A program made the translations under genes and the position numbers. A stretch of DNA of 61,666 nt, filler included, from an uncultured bacterium (GTDB lineage: Bacteria; DAOPZR01), in assembly GCA_964637655.1 (NCBI GenBank). It is 6 parts of 6 records of this genome, joined end to end, with 100 filler letters (N's around TTAATTAATTAA, not from the genome) between each part and the next. Parts side by side here need not be neighbours in the genome. Positions count along the whole stretch, not along the records: positions 10,340 to 20,572 come from CAZWUZ010000131.1; positions 20,673 to 30,891 come from CAZWUZ010000132.1; 4 more parts are not named here. One strand, written 5' to 3'. Below, in pieces: positions 19,453 to 28,410 of this stretch (position 1 is the stretch's first letter; every line of letters begins with the position of its first letter). A model generated the notes under the pieces. It was not told the DNA's origin. It made no database searches and saw only the letters and a program-made list of their open reading frames with translations.

Positions 19453-19541
19453 TTGATGCTGGCGTCGCTGATGCGCAAAGGCCGGGTTGCTGACAGATTC
19501 AGACGACCCTTTCTACACTGGCGACTACGGCATTGCGGGCG

Positions 19542-20330
19542 TCAGATCTTCTCGATCAGCACTGCCGTCACCGCCCGGTATGCCTCAACCGGATCATACT
19601 CCTCGCCCGGCTTGAGCAACATCTCAAGATCATTCAGGAAATCCGGATCGCGCATTTTCTCGTCCAGGTTCTGCGAATATTCCCGGCGCGAGGGCGGCGT
19701 GGTGACGGACGCTTTCATATATTCCCGGTAACAGTGCATGATTTTCCCGCAATCCGGCCGCGCGATGGTTATGGCGCGATGCAGGTCGTACAGGTCCCGG
19801 CCCTTGCTGCGCTGGTACAGGGCGCGCAATTTCGTGCCCAGCAATTCTTCCAGCGGGTAGGTAACCAAAGTGCATTCTCCGTCGAACCAGTTCGAACGCA
19901 CCGCGTACGGCATTGCCGCATAACCCAACACGGAAAAATGTTCGCGGCAGTTGATTTCCACCTTCAGGCGCATCCTCGCCACCGGCGGCACTTCCGAAGC
20001 GAATCGAAAAAGCAGTTTGTTGCTCATCGCTGTCTGCTGCACCGTCGGCTCGCCAAGGAATGCCAGCGCGGCCCGCAGGCGGTCGAGTATCTCCCGTATC
20101 GGTTCCGCGTTCTTCTGCACCAGGTCAATATCTTCCGAGTAGCGCGTCTGCGGCATGATATACAGTTTGTGCAATGCCGTGCCGCCGCGAAATGCCAGCC
20201 GGTCATTCAGTATCGGATCGCTGAATATTGCCACCAGGGCACGGCAGATGATCAGGTCCTGCTCGACCTGCGCATCCATTGGCCAGGCCGCCGTGGCCCG
20301 CCATTCCTCGATATGGGCGCGCGGAATCAC
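19542..20330 (-). CDS. AbiEii/AbiGii nucleotidyltransferase toxin (type IV TA)
   Basis: QVEQDLII, AFRGGTALHKL, RYSEDIDL, KLRALYQR.KGRDLYDL. Confidence 0.93.
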   Translation of the reverse strand: MIPRAHIEEWRATAAWPMDAQVEQDLIICRALVAIFSDPILNDRLAFRGGTALHKLYIMPQTRYSEDIDLVQKNAEPIREILDRLRAALAFLGEPTVQQTAMSNKLLFRFASEVPPVARMRLKVEINCREHFSVLGYAAMPYAVRSNWFDGECTLVTYPLEELLGTKLRALYQRSKGRDLYDLHRAITIARPDCGKIMHCYREYMKASVTTPPSRREYSQNLDEKMRDPDFLNDLEMLLKPGEEYDPVEAYRAVTAVLIEKI

Positions 20331-20572
20331 GGTTCGCTTTCCACCTTGACATTCACGATGATTTTCCAGCGCCCGTTGTGCTCTCCGGTTCTGGCATGGT
20401 GGGGCGAGAGCGGCAGGTAATAGCAGTTCCGTTCGGAGATCAATCCGGCCAGTGCCGTGGCCAATGCGGCATTGTTCGCTGCCAGCTCCAACAAGTACCC
20501 CAGACGCTGTACCGCCGAACGATGCGGGTAGCGCTGTGCGGTCTGTCGCAGTTTTTCCGGGTCCAGCACTTC
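20327..20572 (-). CDS. AbiEi antitoxin C-terminus (truncated by contig end)
   Basis: VQRLGYLLE and RWKIIVN motifs; overlaps the toxin start. Confidence 0.85.
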   Translation of the reverse strand, partial: EVLDPEKLRQTAQRYPHRSAVQRLGYLLELAANNAALATALAGLISERNCYYLPLSPHHARTGEHNGRWKIIVNVKVESEP

Positions 20573-20672
20573 NNNNNNNNNNNNNNNNNNNNNNNNNNNN
20601 NNNNNNNNNNNNNNNNTTAATTAATTAANNNNNNNNNNNNNNNNNNNNNNNNNNNNNNNNNNNNNNNNNNNN
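20573..20672. other. Artificial contig linker
   Basis: N-run with TTAATTAATTAA. Confidence 0.99.
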
Positions 20673-20723
20673 CATCGTTCGTCTCCTCCGTGGGGGCCAG
20701 CGCGCATCTATCCAGCCACTCGC

Positions 20724-20829
20724 GTATCTTTTTAACCACCCTCACCCTGCCCTCTCCCGCCGCGGGCGGGAGAGGGTGTTTGCCTTCCCCCTCGCTGAGG
20801 GGGAAGGTTGGATGAGGGTGAGCAGTTAT
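20724..20829. repeat. REP-doublet/MITE family copy
   Basis: CCCTCACCCTGCCCTCTCCCGC..GGGAGAGGG plus CTTCCCCC..GGGGGAAGGTTGGATGAG; near reverse complement of 33029-33108. Confidence 0.8.
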
Positions 20830-20836
20830 GCCGGCG

Positions 20837-21511
20837 TTATGATACCTTGCCCGCCGGGGCGCGGCAATAGTCGATAAAGGCCTGTCCGGTGCAGTGGCAG
20901 GGGGCAAGTCGGCGCACGTTATGACGGCGGCAGGCGTCGAGCGCGGCGGCATACGCGGTCTCGTCGCCGCCCGACAGATGCAGTCCGCCCAGCACGAGGT
21001 TGGGCGTGCCCAGTCCCGCCGCCGCCGCCGCATCAAGCCACGCGGCAATCCCCGCATGCGCACAGCCGAGCAGCAGCGCATAGCCGCTGCCGCCGCGGAT
21101 GACCAGCGCCTGCTCCGCCAGCGGTGCGCCTTTGTACGCGACCGTCAGCGGGCCGAGCAGCAGCAGGTGCGCACGCAGTTCCGTCAGCCCGGACGTCACG
21201 CGCAGCGGCGCCTGCTCCTGCTGCAAACGCGCCGCCAGCGCCGGTGCGCCGTCCGGAATGTGCACCGTCGCCTGCGGCGCGCGCTCCCGCGCCAGCGCCA
21301 GTCCCCCGGTATGGTCCCAGTGGTCATGCGAGATGACGATATCGCGTGTCGTCGCCAGGTCATAGCCCGCCGCCGCCGCGCCGTCCGCCAGCACCTGCGG
21401 ATCGCTGAAGGTGTCGAACAGCACCCCGTCGCCGACCGCCAGCGCCAGCCCCCACTGCCTGCGCTGATAGTCGGCGCGGGTCGAGGCCTCCGCCAGCACG
21501 CGCACCTTCAT
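20837..21511 (-). CDS. MBL-fold metallo-hydrolase
   Basis: WGLAL..VLFDT, SHDHWDHTGG, GCAHAG, GGLHL, PCHCTG; start uncertain. Confidence 0.9.
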   Translation of the reverse strand: MKVRVLAEASTRADYQRRQWGLALAVGDGVLFDTFSDPQVLADGAAAAGYDLATTRDIVISHDHWDHTGGLALARERAPQATVHIPDGAPALAARLQQEQAPLRVTSGLTELRAHLLLLGPLTVAYKGAPLAEQALVIRGGSGYALLLGCAHAGIAAWLDAAAAAGLGTPNLVLGGLHLSGGDETAYAAALDACRRHNVRRLAPCHCTGQAFIDYCRAPAGKVS

Positions 21512-21576
21512 CCCGCAGGCAAAGAACTGCGCGCCCGCCCGCGCGTCGAGCACTTCCATCGGTCCATGGTCGCCGC

Positions 21577-21897
21577 TCACAACGTCACCACCTTGTCCGC
21601 TGCGCGAATCATGTTGTAAAGGTCCTGCATGGTCGACAGCGGGCAGAGCGCGTTGCCATCCCGGTGCCGCGCTTCGAGACAAGTCCCGCACGCGAGGATT
21701 TCCCCGCCAGCCGTGACAAACTCCTGCATCTTCGCTTTGACGTCGTAGGGCGGCGTGGCGTGCTGTTCCGCTTCGACTCCGCGCGCCAGCAGGAAGACCT
21801 GTACCTTGTCGCCTGCCTGCCGCGCAAATATCCCGAGCCGGAACGCGTTCCACAGCGTTTCCGCGTCGGTACTGTAGAGTACCAGCGCCAGTTTCAT
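21577..21897 (-). CDS. DsrE family sulfur-transfer protein
   Basis: WNAFRLG, VFLLARGVE, ILACGTCL, ADKVVTL. Confidence 0.9.
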   Translation of the reverse strand: MKLALVLYSTDAETLWNAFRLGIFARQAGDKVQVFLLARGVEAEQHATPPYDVKAKMQEFVTAGGEILACGTCLEARHRDGNALCPLSTMQDLYNMIRAADKVVTL

Positions 21898-21910
21898 CAG
21901 AATCCTCCGT

Positions 21911-22423
21911 TCACGGCGCCGGTGGCGCCGATTCCGCCGGACGGCCGCAGGTGCCGTCACAGGTATGCGGGAAAAACTCGCGGTAGTCGCCGCGGGCGAA
22001 ACGCGCGCGGTACTCATCGCCATCCGCCGCCAGCCCGCCGCGCACGAACAGCGCCGCGGTCAGCGCCTGCGCCACCGCCCCCTGCAGCGCGCGCACGGCA
22101 ATGGCCGAGCAGTGCTCCTTGCCGCTCGGCAGGCCGCCCAGCAGCGTGACGATGTCCGCATCGGTCAGCGCGGCAATCTCCTCGACAAACATCCCCTCCG
22201 CCTGCGCCGCGGTCATCTCCGCGCAGGCGATGGCCGCCGGGCAGCCGTAGATGCGGTAGCGCACCTGCGCGACGCGCGCGCAGTCATCGGTCAGCCGCAC
22301 CATGACGCGCACGCTGTCGCCGCACTCTTCGTCGCCAACGGTGAATACCCCGTGCGGGTCGGCAAGGTCGCCGCTGTGCTGCGGGTCGCTGAACCGTGCC
22401 AGCGCCTCGGGCGTATAGTCCAT
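21911..22423 (-). CDS. IscU/NifU-N Fe-S scaffold with C-terminal extension
   Basis: CGD, GCPAAIA and LGGLP..KEHCS (three conserved Cys). Confidence 0.9.
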   Translation of the reverse strand: MDYTPEALARFSDPQHSGDLADPHGVFTVGDEECGDSVRVMVRLTDDCARVAQVRYRIYGCPAAIACAEMTAAQAEGMFVEEIAALTDADIVTLLGGLPSGKEHCSAIAVRALQGAVAQALTAALFVRGGLAADGDEYRARFARGDYREFFPHTCDGTCGRPAESAPPAP

Positions 22424-23181
22424 CAGTGCCGCGTCCGGGAGAGGGTCACCCAGGCAAGATAGCCGCGCTGATGCAACTGGCGGAAGGACAACCCCGCGGC
22501 GGCGCCGCGCATCACCCCGTCCGCATCGACCACGCGCGCGCCGGCGACATAGTCGAAGCCGGCATCGAGCAGGATTTCAGAGACCGGGGTCGACGGGCCG
22601 ACCATAACGCGCAGCGTACGCGCCGCGCACAGGTCGCAGAGCGTGCAGAAGGTGTGGTTGGCCAGTGTCGTTCCCGAGATGATGGCGATATCCGCTACGG
22701 GAAGCACGCGCGGGGCCGCCTCGGGTCCCTGCTCGCCTGCGCGCGGTTCCTCCTCCAGCACGGTCACCTCGCGCGCCACCTCGCGCAGGGCGGGAATGAA
22801 CGGAAAGCGTCCGACCACCACCACCGTTTTGCCGGCTGCCTGCGGCAGCACCAGGTCGATCACCGACGGGCCTTCGCTCAGCGCCTGCGGCGGGAGCGGG
22901 AGCAGCGCATTGAGCGCAGCCAAACCGAACACCGCCGCTTCGCGTTCCTCTGCGAGCAACCACTTGGCCATGGCGCGCAGCGAACCCGCCTGCAAAGCCG
23001 CCTCAGGTGCGCCTGACTCGGCACAGTCGCGCAGCAAACTGTTGCAGACCCCGACCCGGATACCGCGCACCGCGGTCACCCGCGCGCCATGCACCACCCC
23101 GTGCACGGGCTGGTCAGAACCAGTCGCATTGAGCAACGCGGCGAGGATGCGCTGCCGGCGATCGGTGTCAGCCGCCGCCAT
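22423..23181 (-). CDS. DUF364 Rossmann-like protein
   Basis: GLAALNAL, VVGRFP, ISGTTLANHT, VGPSTP. Confidence 0.85.
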   Translation of the reverse strand: MAAADTDRRQRILAALLNATGSDQPVHGVVHGARVTAVRGIRVGVCNSLLRDCAESGAPEAALQAGSLRAMAKWLLAEEREAAVFGLAALNALLPLPPQALSEGPSVIDLVLPQAAGKTVVVVGRFPFIPALREVAREVTVLEEEPRAGEQGPEAAPRVLPVADIAIISGTTLANHTFCTLCDLCAARTLRVMVGPSTPVSEILLDAGFDYVAGARVVDADGVMRGAAAGLSFRQLHQRGYLAWVTLSRTRH

Positions 23182-23933
23182 CAGGCCACCCCCTGCTGCG
23201 CGCAGGGACAGAGGCGCGGCAGGTTGAGCAGCGCCGCGGCACCGGCAATCGTCACCCCGAAGAAGGCAAGGCGTGGCAGGCCGACAACGCGAATCAGACC
23301 GTCAATAGTGCCGTTGGCCAGCGTCGAGCCGGTAGCCAGCACCGCGTCAGCCGCGTGCAGCGCCTGCGCTGCCGTACGGCCGTGTCCGAGCACCGGGGCA
23401 CCGGCTACGGTCGTGCCGACGCGCGCCGGATCGGCGTCGAGGATGGTCAGGGCGTAGCGTGGTGCCAATACGTCCGCCATCGCCGGCTGACAGCCGACCA
23501 TCACCACGGTGCGCGCGTGCGGCCAACGCGCCGCCACCAGCGCGGGTATCTCCCGGGCGCAGCGCTCGGGGCCGTCGTCGCGGCAATGCACGGTGTCGGT
23601 CACCAGCCCCCAGCGGCAGACCAGCGCGTTGAGCGCCGCCACCTGCAGTGCGCGCGTGCTGATAACATCATCGGTGCGCGCCAGCAGTTCCGCCAGCGAC
23701 CCGGCAAACTGTGCCGGCGCATCGGTGAAGGCATGACCGCGCGCCCAGCCGCAAACCGCCTCGATAAGATGCTCCCGCCCCGTCTGCAGCGGGAAATCGC
23801 TGCGTCCCGGGTCGCCCAGCGCCTCCTGCGCCGTCAGAATGCGCGCGGTGATGGTCACCTGCAACCCGACGCTGCTGTCACGCTGCAGTCGCGCCAGCGC
23901 CAGTTCACAACCCTGCCGCAGAATATCGCCCAT
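23181..23933 (-). CDS. DUF364-related Rossmann-like protein
   Basis: DFPLQTGRE, VAALNA, TVHCRD, ATGSTLANGT, FGVTIAG. Confidence 0.8.
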   Translation of the reverse strand: MGDILRQGCELALARLQRDSSVGLQVTITARILTAQEALGDPGRSDFPLQTGREHLIEAVCGWARGHAFTDAPAQFAGSLAELLARTDDVISTRALQVAALNALVCRWGLVTDTVHCRDDGPERCAREIPALVAARWPHARTVVMVGCQPAMADVLAPRYALTILDADPARVGTTVAGAPVLGHGRTAAQALHAADAVLATGSTLANGTIDGLIRVVGLPRLAFFGVTIAGAAALLNLPRLCPCAQQGVA

Positions 23934-23938
23934 GCGTT

Positions 23939-24745
23939 TTATTCCTCGGTGTTTTCTGCAGCTGTAATCACTTTGCTGAGAATCGCCTGCCAGGCGGCCT
24001 GCGCCGCGGCGGGAATCTCGCCCGTGCCGCTGTCGCCCAGTGCCACCTGCGCCGGCACCAGCGGCACCGCGCCGAGGAACGGGACGCCCAGTTCGCGCGC
24101 CGCCGTCTCGCCCCCGCCGCTGCCGAAGAGCGGCAGCAGTGTGCCGCAGTGCGGGCAGACCGCATCGCGCATGTTCTCGATGATGCCGATGACCGGCACC
24201 TTGAGCTGCTGCGCGAAGCGCACGCTCTTGCGCGCGTCGAGCACCGCCACCTGCTGCGGCGTTGTCACAATGATTGCGCCGCTCAGGCGCGGGAGCAGCT
24301 GGCAGACGCTCAGCGCCTCGTCACCCGTCCCGGGCGGCAGGTCGATGATCAGGTAGTCGCGCTCGCCCCAGGCGGTCTCACCGAGGAGTTGCTCGAGCGC
24401 CTTCATCTTCATCGGACCGCGCCAGATGATCGGCTGGTCGGGATGCCCGCCGAGCACGCCCATCCCCGCGACGACGAGGTTGTCGCCGGCCGGTACCGGC
24501 TGCCAGTTCCCCTCGTCACCCTCCATGCGGTTACCCTCGACCCCGAGCATCTTGCCGAGGTTGGGCCCGTGCAAATCGGCATCGAGCAGCGCCACCCTTT
24601 TGCCCAGGTGCGCCAGCCCGCGCGCAAGGTGCACCGACGTCGTGCTCTTGCCGACGCCCCCCTTGCCGCTGAGCACCGCGATGCTGTGTTTGATCTGCGC
24701 CATCCGTTTGACGACATTTTCCGGCGGCTGAAATGTTCCGCTCAT
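23939..24745 (-). CDS. Mrp/NBP35 Fe-S carrier ATPase
   Basis: GKGGVGKS, DADLHGP, WRGPM, DLPPGTGD, TTPQ, ENM..CPHC. Confidence 0.95.
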   Translation of the reverse strand: MSGTFQPPENVVKRMAQIKHSIAVLSGKGGVGKSTTSVHLARGLAHLGKRVALLDADLHGPNLGKMLGVEGNRMEGDEGNWQPVPAGDNLVVAGMGVLGGHPDQPIIWRGPMKMKALEQLLGETAWGERDYLIIDLPPGTGDEALSVCQLLPRLSGAIIVTTPQQVAVLDARKSVRFAQQLKVPVIGIIENMRDAVCPHCGTLLPLFGSGGGETAARELGVPFLGAVPLVPAQVALGDSGTGEIPAAAQAAWQAILSKVITAAENTEE

Positions 24746-24800
24746 ACGTTTCGTCCCTTACTCATGACGTTGCCGGATTCCGGCACGACATACAATTTTC

Positions 24801-24951
24801 GCAACTATTCACCCTCTCCTGCTGCCTGCAGTGGGAGAGGGCAGGGGTGAGGGTGAAAAATGTGTGCGCTTTGCAACCCTCACCTGACGCTGCGCGTCTT
24901 CCTCTCCCGCTATGAACAGCGGGCGAGGGGACAGACGGGCTGAATAGTTAC
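24801..24951. mobile_element. 151-bp MITE with terminal inverted repeats, an internal REP pair and an 8-bp target-site duplication
   Basis: Left GCAACTATTCACCC vs right GGCTGAATAGTTAC (12/14 inverted match); CAATTTTC at 24793-24800 and 24952-24959. Confidence 0.75.
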
Positions 24952-24960
24952 CAATTTTCA

Positions 24961-25222
24961 ACCACGGAGAACACGGAGCTCACGGAGCACTGCTCCCACA
25001 GTCCCGTCTGACGAACTCATCGTCGTCAGCCGCAACCACCGTTCCCGTTCTTTCTCGTTGCCCGCCTTTGCTCTTCTCCGTGCACTCCGTGTGCTCCGTG
25101 GTAAACGCCATGTCGCCCACTCTGTACTGTCTGTTCACACGCTCTTCTCGCGTTGCCCGCCGCGGGGTCTTCTCCGTGCACTCCGTGCGCTCTAGTAAAC
25201 GCCATGTCATTCTCTGTGTACT
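24961..25222. repeat. ACCACGGAGnnCACGGAG-type short repeat cluster with a ~65-bp direct repeat
   Basis: CACGGAG x3 at 24963-24987; inverted copies within CTCCGTGCACTCCGTG..GTAAACGCCATGTC at ~25074 and ~25170. Confidence 0.75.
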
Positions 25223-25234
25223 TCTGCGCGCCGG

Positions 25235-26104
25235 TCAGCTGAGGTGGCGGGGGAGATGGACGCCCACCTGCTGCCAGGCGGCGCGCAGCGCTTCCTCCAC
25301 TGCCGGCGAGGCGTGCAGCGGGTTGCTCCCCGCCGCCAGCGCGGCTGCCACCTGCTCGTCGAACGGGATGCGCCCGACCACCGGCACCTGCTGCTGTGCC
25401 GCCCAGGTTTCCGTCGCACTGCCGGGAATCAGCCCGGCCTTGTTGAGCACGAGCACGGCAGGCACGCGCATGTGGCGCGCCACTTCGAGCACCCGCGCCG
25501 CATCATGCGACCCCGACTCGCCGGGCTCGACGACGATAACCGCCAGGTGCGAGCGCGTCAGCGAGGCCATCACCGGGCAGCCCATCCCGGGCGGCCCGTC
25601 GATGAGGATCAGGTCGCGCCCCGCCGTCACTGCCAGTTCGCGCGCCGCTTCGCGCAGGGCGAACACGAGTTTCCCCGAGTTTTCGCCGCCGGGCGCAAGT
25701 CGCGCATGCAGCAGCGGGCCGCAGGGAGTTGCCGCGCGGTACCAGCGGCTCTCCTCGCTCTCGCGCATGGTGATAGCCGACGACGGGCAAACCCGCCAGC
25801 AGTAGCCGCACCCCTCGCAGGCGAGCGTATCAACCACCAGCGTATGGCTGATGGCATTGAAGCGGCAGACACGCAGGCAGGCGCCACAGGCGGAGCAGCG
25901 CTCCTTGTCGATGTACGCCTGCGGTCGCCCCGCCATGGTATGCTCTTCGCTGTTCTCCGCCTGCAGCAGCAGCGCGAGATTGGCAGCATCGACATCGGCG
26001 TCGACCAGCACGGCCTTGCTGCTCAGCGCGGCGAAAGCGGCCGACACTGCCGTTTTGCCCGCCCCCCCCTTGCCGCGGAGGCTGACAACTTCAAGCGCGC
26101 TCAT
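25235..26104 (-). CDS. MinD-superfamily ATPase with inserted 2x[4Fe-4S] ferredoxin
   Basis: GKGGAGKT, DADVDAANL, CSACGAC..C, CEGCGYC..CP, ENSGKLV, DGPPGMGCPV. Confidence 0.92.
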   Translation of the reverse strand: MSALEVVSLRGKGGAGKTAVSAAFAALSSKAVLVDADVDAANLALLLQAENSEEHTMAGRPQAYIDKERCSACGACLRVCRFNAISHTLVVDTLACEGCGYCWRVCPSSAITMRESEESRWYRAATPCGPLLHARLAPGGENSGKLVFALREAARELAVTAGRDLILIDGPPGMGCPVMASLTRSHLAVIVVEPGESGSHDAARVLEVARHMRVPAVLVLNKAGLIPGSATETWAAQQQVPVVGRIPFDEQVAAALAAGSNPLHASPAVEEALRAAWQQVGVHLPRHLS

Positions 26105-26946
26105 GCGGGCACCGCCGCCAGTGCCGCTGCGTCATCACGCAGCCGCACGAACAGGTCGCGCCATTCGGGGCGCACGGCAAGCAGTCCGCCCGCCGCTACC
26201 GTCGCGGCAATCTCGCGGGAAAAAGGAATCTCCGCCAGCAGCGGCAGTCCGTGCGCCGCACACCAGTCGCGAATCAGCGCGGCATCCCCCAGTCCGGCGC
26301 GGTTGAGCACCACCCCGGCCGGCACACCGAATGCACGTGCCACATCGGCGGCAAGGGCAAGGTCATGCCGCCCCGCCAGTGTGCCTTCGGTGACGAGCAG
26401 GCAGACATCCGCCCCGTGCATCGCTGCCGCCAGCGAACACCCTGCCCCCGGCGGCGCATCGACGATAACCGGGCCGCGGTCGTCACGCGCCCGCGCCTGC
26501 ACCGCGCGGATGACCGCCGAGGCCATCGCCTGCCCGGTAGCCAGTTCGCCCCAGACCAGGTCGCCCGTCTTCCCGCTGCCGCGATACACCACGCCCACCT
26601 CCGCCGGCGCTTCGCTGATGGCGCCGCGCGGGCAAAGATATGTGCACAGACCGCAGCCATGGCAGAACTCCGCGAAGATCATGATCCGGTTGTTGAGCAG
26701 GGCCAGCGCGTTGAAGGCACAGGCCTCCGCGCATTTCCCGCAGCCGTCGCAACGCTCCGCGTCGATGACCACGCGCGGCACCGTCGCCGGCGCCATCGTG
26801 GTCTGCCGCGGCTGCAGGAAGAGGTGCACGTTCGCCCCCTCGACATCGCTGTCGAGCACCTGGACTTGCTCCGTGACCGCGGCGAGGTTGACGGCAACCA
26901 GCGTCTTGCCGGTCCCCCCCTTGCCGCTGGCAACAATCAGGCGCAT
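26101..26946 (-). CDS. MinD-superfamily ATPase with inserted 2x[4Fe-4S] ferredoxin
   Basis: ASGKGGTGKT, DSDVEGAN, CDGCGKC..C, CHGCGLC..CP, DAPPGAGC. Confidence 0.92.
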   Translation of the reverse strand: MRLIVASGKGGTGKTLVAVNLAAVTEQVQVLDSDVEGANVHLFLQPRQTTMAPATVPRVVIDAERCDGCGKCAEACAFNALALLNNRIMIFAEFCHGCGLCTYLCPRGAISEAPAEVGVVYRGSGKTGDLVWGELATGQAMASAVIRAVQARARDDRGPVIVDAPPGAGCSLAAAMHGADVCLLVTEGTLAGRHDLALAADVARAFGVPAGVVLNRAGLGDAALIRDWCAAHGLPLLAEIPFSREIAATVAAGGLLAVRPEWRDLFVRLRDDAAALAAVPA

Positions 26947-26953
26947 CGTCCGC

Positions 26954-27316
26954 CTACTTGTTCTGCCGGCCCGGACCCGCCGCTTCCTGCAGCGTGAGCG
27001 TGCCCGCCTGGTACTGTGCGATGGCTTCGCGCACCGTGCCGCTGGTGACCCCGCCGTAGATGGCGATTTCCGCCTGCTGCAGCGCGCGGAAGGCATTCAT
27101 CCCCGCCTGCCCGGTGAGCACTGCCTTGGCCCGCCGCGCGGCAACCAGTTGCGCCGCCTGCACCCCGGCCCCGCCCATGGCATTGATGGAAGGGTTGTCG
27201 AGCGCGATGAATTCCAGCGTCTCCGGATCGACGATAATGAAGTGTTTCGCCCGCCCGAACGACGGGTCGACCGGCGCGTCGAGCGTCGGTCCCGCTGCGG
27301 TTACGCAGATTTTCAT
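26954..27316 (-). CDS. NifB/NifX family (orange-protein-like) cofactor-binding protein
   Basis: MKICVTA, DPSFGRAKHFIIVD, GAGVQAAQ, VLTG..G.NAF. Confidence 0.9.
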   Translation of the reverse strand: MKICVTAAGPTLDAPVDPSFGRAKHFIIVDPETLEFIALDNPSINAMGGAGVQAAQLVAARRAKAVLTGQAGMNAFRALQQAEIAIYGGVTSGTVREAIAQYQAGTLTLQEAAGPGRQNK

Positions 27317-27404
27317 GTTTGTTTCTCCTTGTCGTTCTGCCTGGTGCTGCACACAACGCCACCCGGCGGGGAATCTCCGTGGCTGAAAGTGTGTGTCCCC
27401 TTTT

Positions 27405-27764
27405 TCAGTGGGTGCCGCAGCCGTCGTCACCGTGGCCGGCGCAGGCGCTCCCCGCGTTCTGCAGCGTCCCGGCAATGCACTGCTGCAGCACCGCCTCGAC
27501 CGGGCCCTGCGCGCCGAGGATGACCTTGACCCCGAGTTCCTGGAAGCGCGCCAGCGGCCCGCCCCCCATCCCGCCGGCGATGAAGATTTCCGCCCCTTCG
27601 CGGTGCAGCCACTCGGCGATCCCCGCGCAGGCGTACTCGCCGTTGTTGACCAGCGACCCGCGCTTCACTTCCTTCCCGTTTTCCACGTCGACTACCGTGT
27701 AGGTGCCGCATTGCCCGAAATGCCCCGCCACGTTGGTGCCGTCTGTCGCCATCACAATACGCAT
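27405..27764 (-). CDS. NifB/NifX family cofactor-binding protein
   Basis: VAGHFGQC, IAGGMG, Cys/His tail. Confidence 0.88.
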   Translation of the reverse strand: MRIVMATDGTNVAGHFGQCGTYTVVDVENGKEVKRGSLVNNGEYACAGIAEWLHREGAEIFIAGGMGGGPLARFQELGVKVILGAQGPVEAVLQQCIAGTLQNAGSACAGHGDDGCGTH

Positions 27765-27774
27765 GTCCCTCTCC

Positions 27775-28338
27775 TTAGATGAATACCGCCGCCGTCACCA
27801 CGGTCGTCCAGCGCCGGTCCTTGTCACCCAGCGCGGTTTGCGTGATGTTCTGCGTGCGGATGAATTTTCCGCTGATTTTCCAGATTTCCTTCTTCTCGTT
27901 ATAATTCTTGTCGGGATCGAACGCCACGCCGAGGATCGTCGCCAGCATCGATGCCGCGAGATCCTCCGCGTAATCACCCGCCTGCGCCTCCTTCTCCCCG
28001 AAACTGTGATGTTCGGAGAGGTAGCCGTACTGCCCGCGGTCGCGCGGAATGGCGAGACCGACCGAGGCGGCAATCAGCCGGTGCGGTTCATTGGTCGCGT
28101 TGCGACTCATCACCGTGTAGGTGATACGCCCGGGACAGAGTTGCGGCAACCCCTTCTGCCGGCTGATCACCTTGCAGTGCGGCGGCAGGATGCTCGACAC
28201 CGACACGAGGTTCTGCTGGGCGATGCCCGCATCGCGCAACGCCAGTTCGAAACTCTGCAGCTGCTCGCGGTGCCGCCCCACCCCGCGGGTAAGAAAGACC
28301 TGCTGCGGCACGTAGGCCGCGGTTGCCGGCGACGTCAT
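27775..28338 (-). CDS. pdaD: Pyruvoyl-dependent arginine decarboxylase
   Basis: SFELALRDAGI, NLVSVSSILPP (Ser-Ser cleavage), YGYLSEHH, WTTVVTAAVF. Confidence 0.9.
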   Translation of the reverse strand: MTSPATAAYVPQQVFLTRGVGRHREQLQSFELALRDAGIAQQNLVSVSSILPPHCKVISRQKGLPQLCPGRITYTVMSRNATNEPHRLIAASVGLAIPRDRGQYGYLSEHHSFGEKEAQAGDYAEDLAASMLATILGVAFDPDKNYNEKKEIWKISGKFIRTQNITQTALGDKDRRWTTVVTAAVFI

Positions 28339-28410
28339 TGTCCTGCCTCCGTATCACGTTGGTGCACAACCGGGGCGGCATACCGCCGCCCCTGTGCTAC
28401 TGCTGAATTA

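Noticed and set aside
21911..27764. Nitrogen fixation cluster
   Set aside because: NifU and NifB/NifX-family domains only; no nifH/D/K/E/N, and the ATPases are MinD/Mrp type
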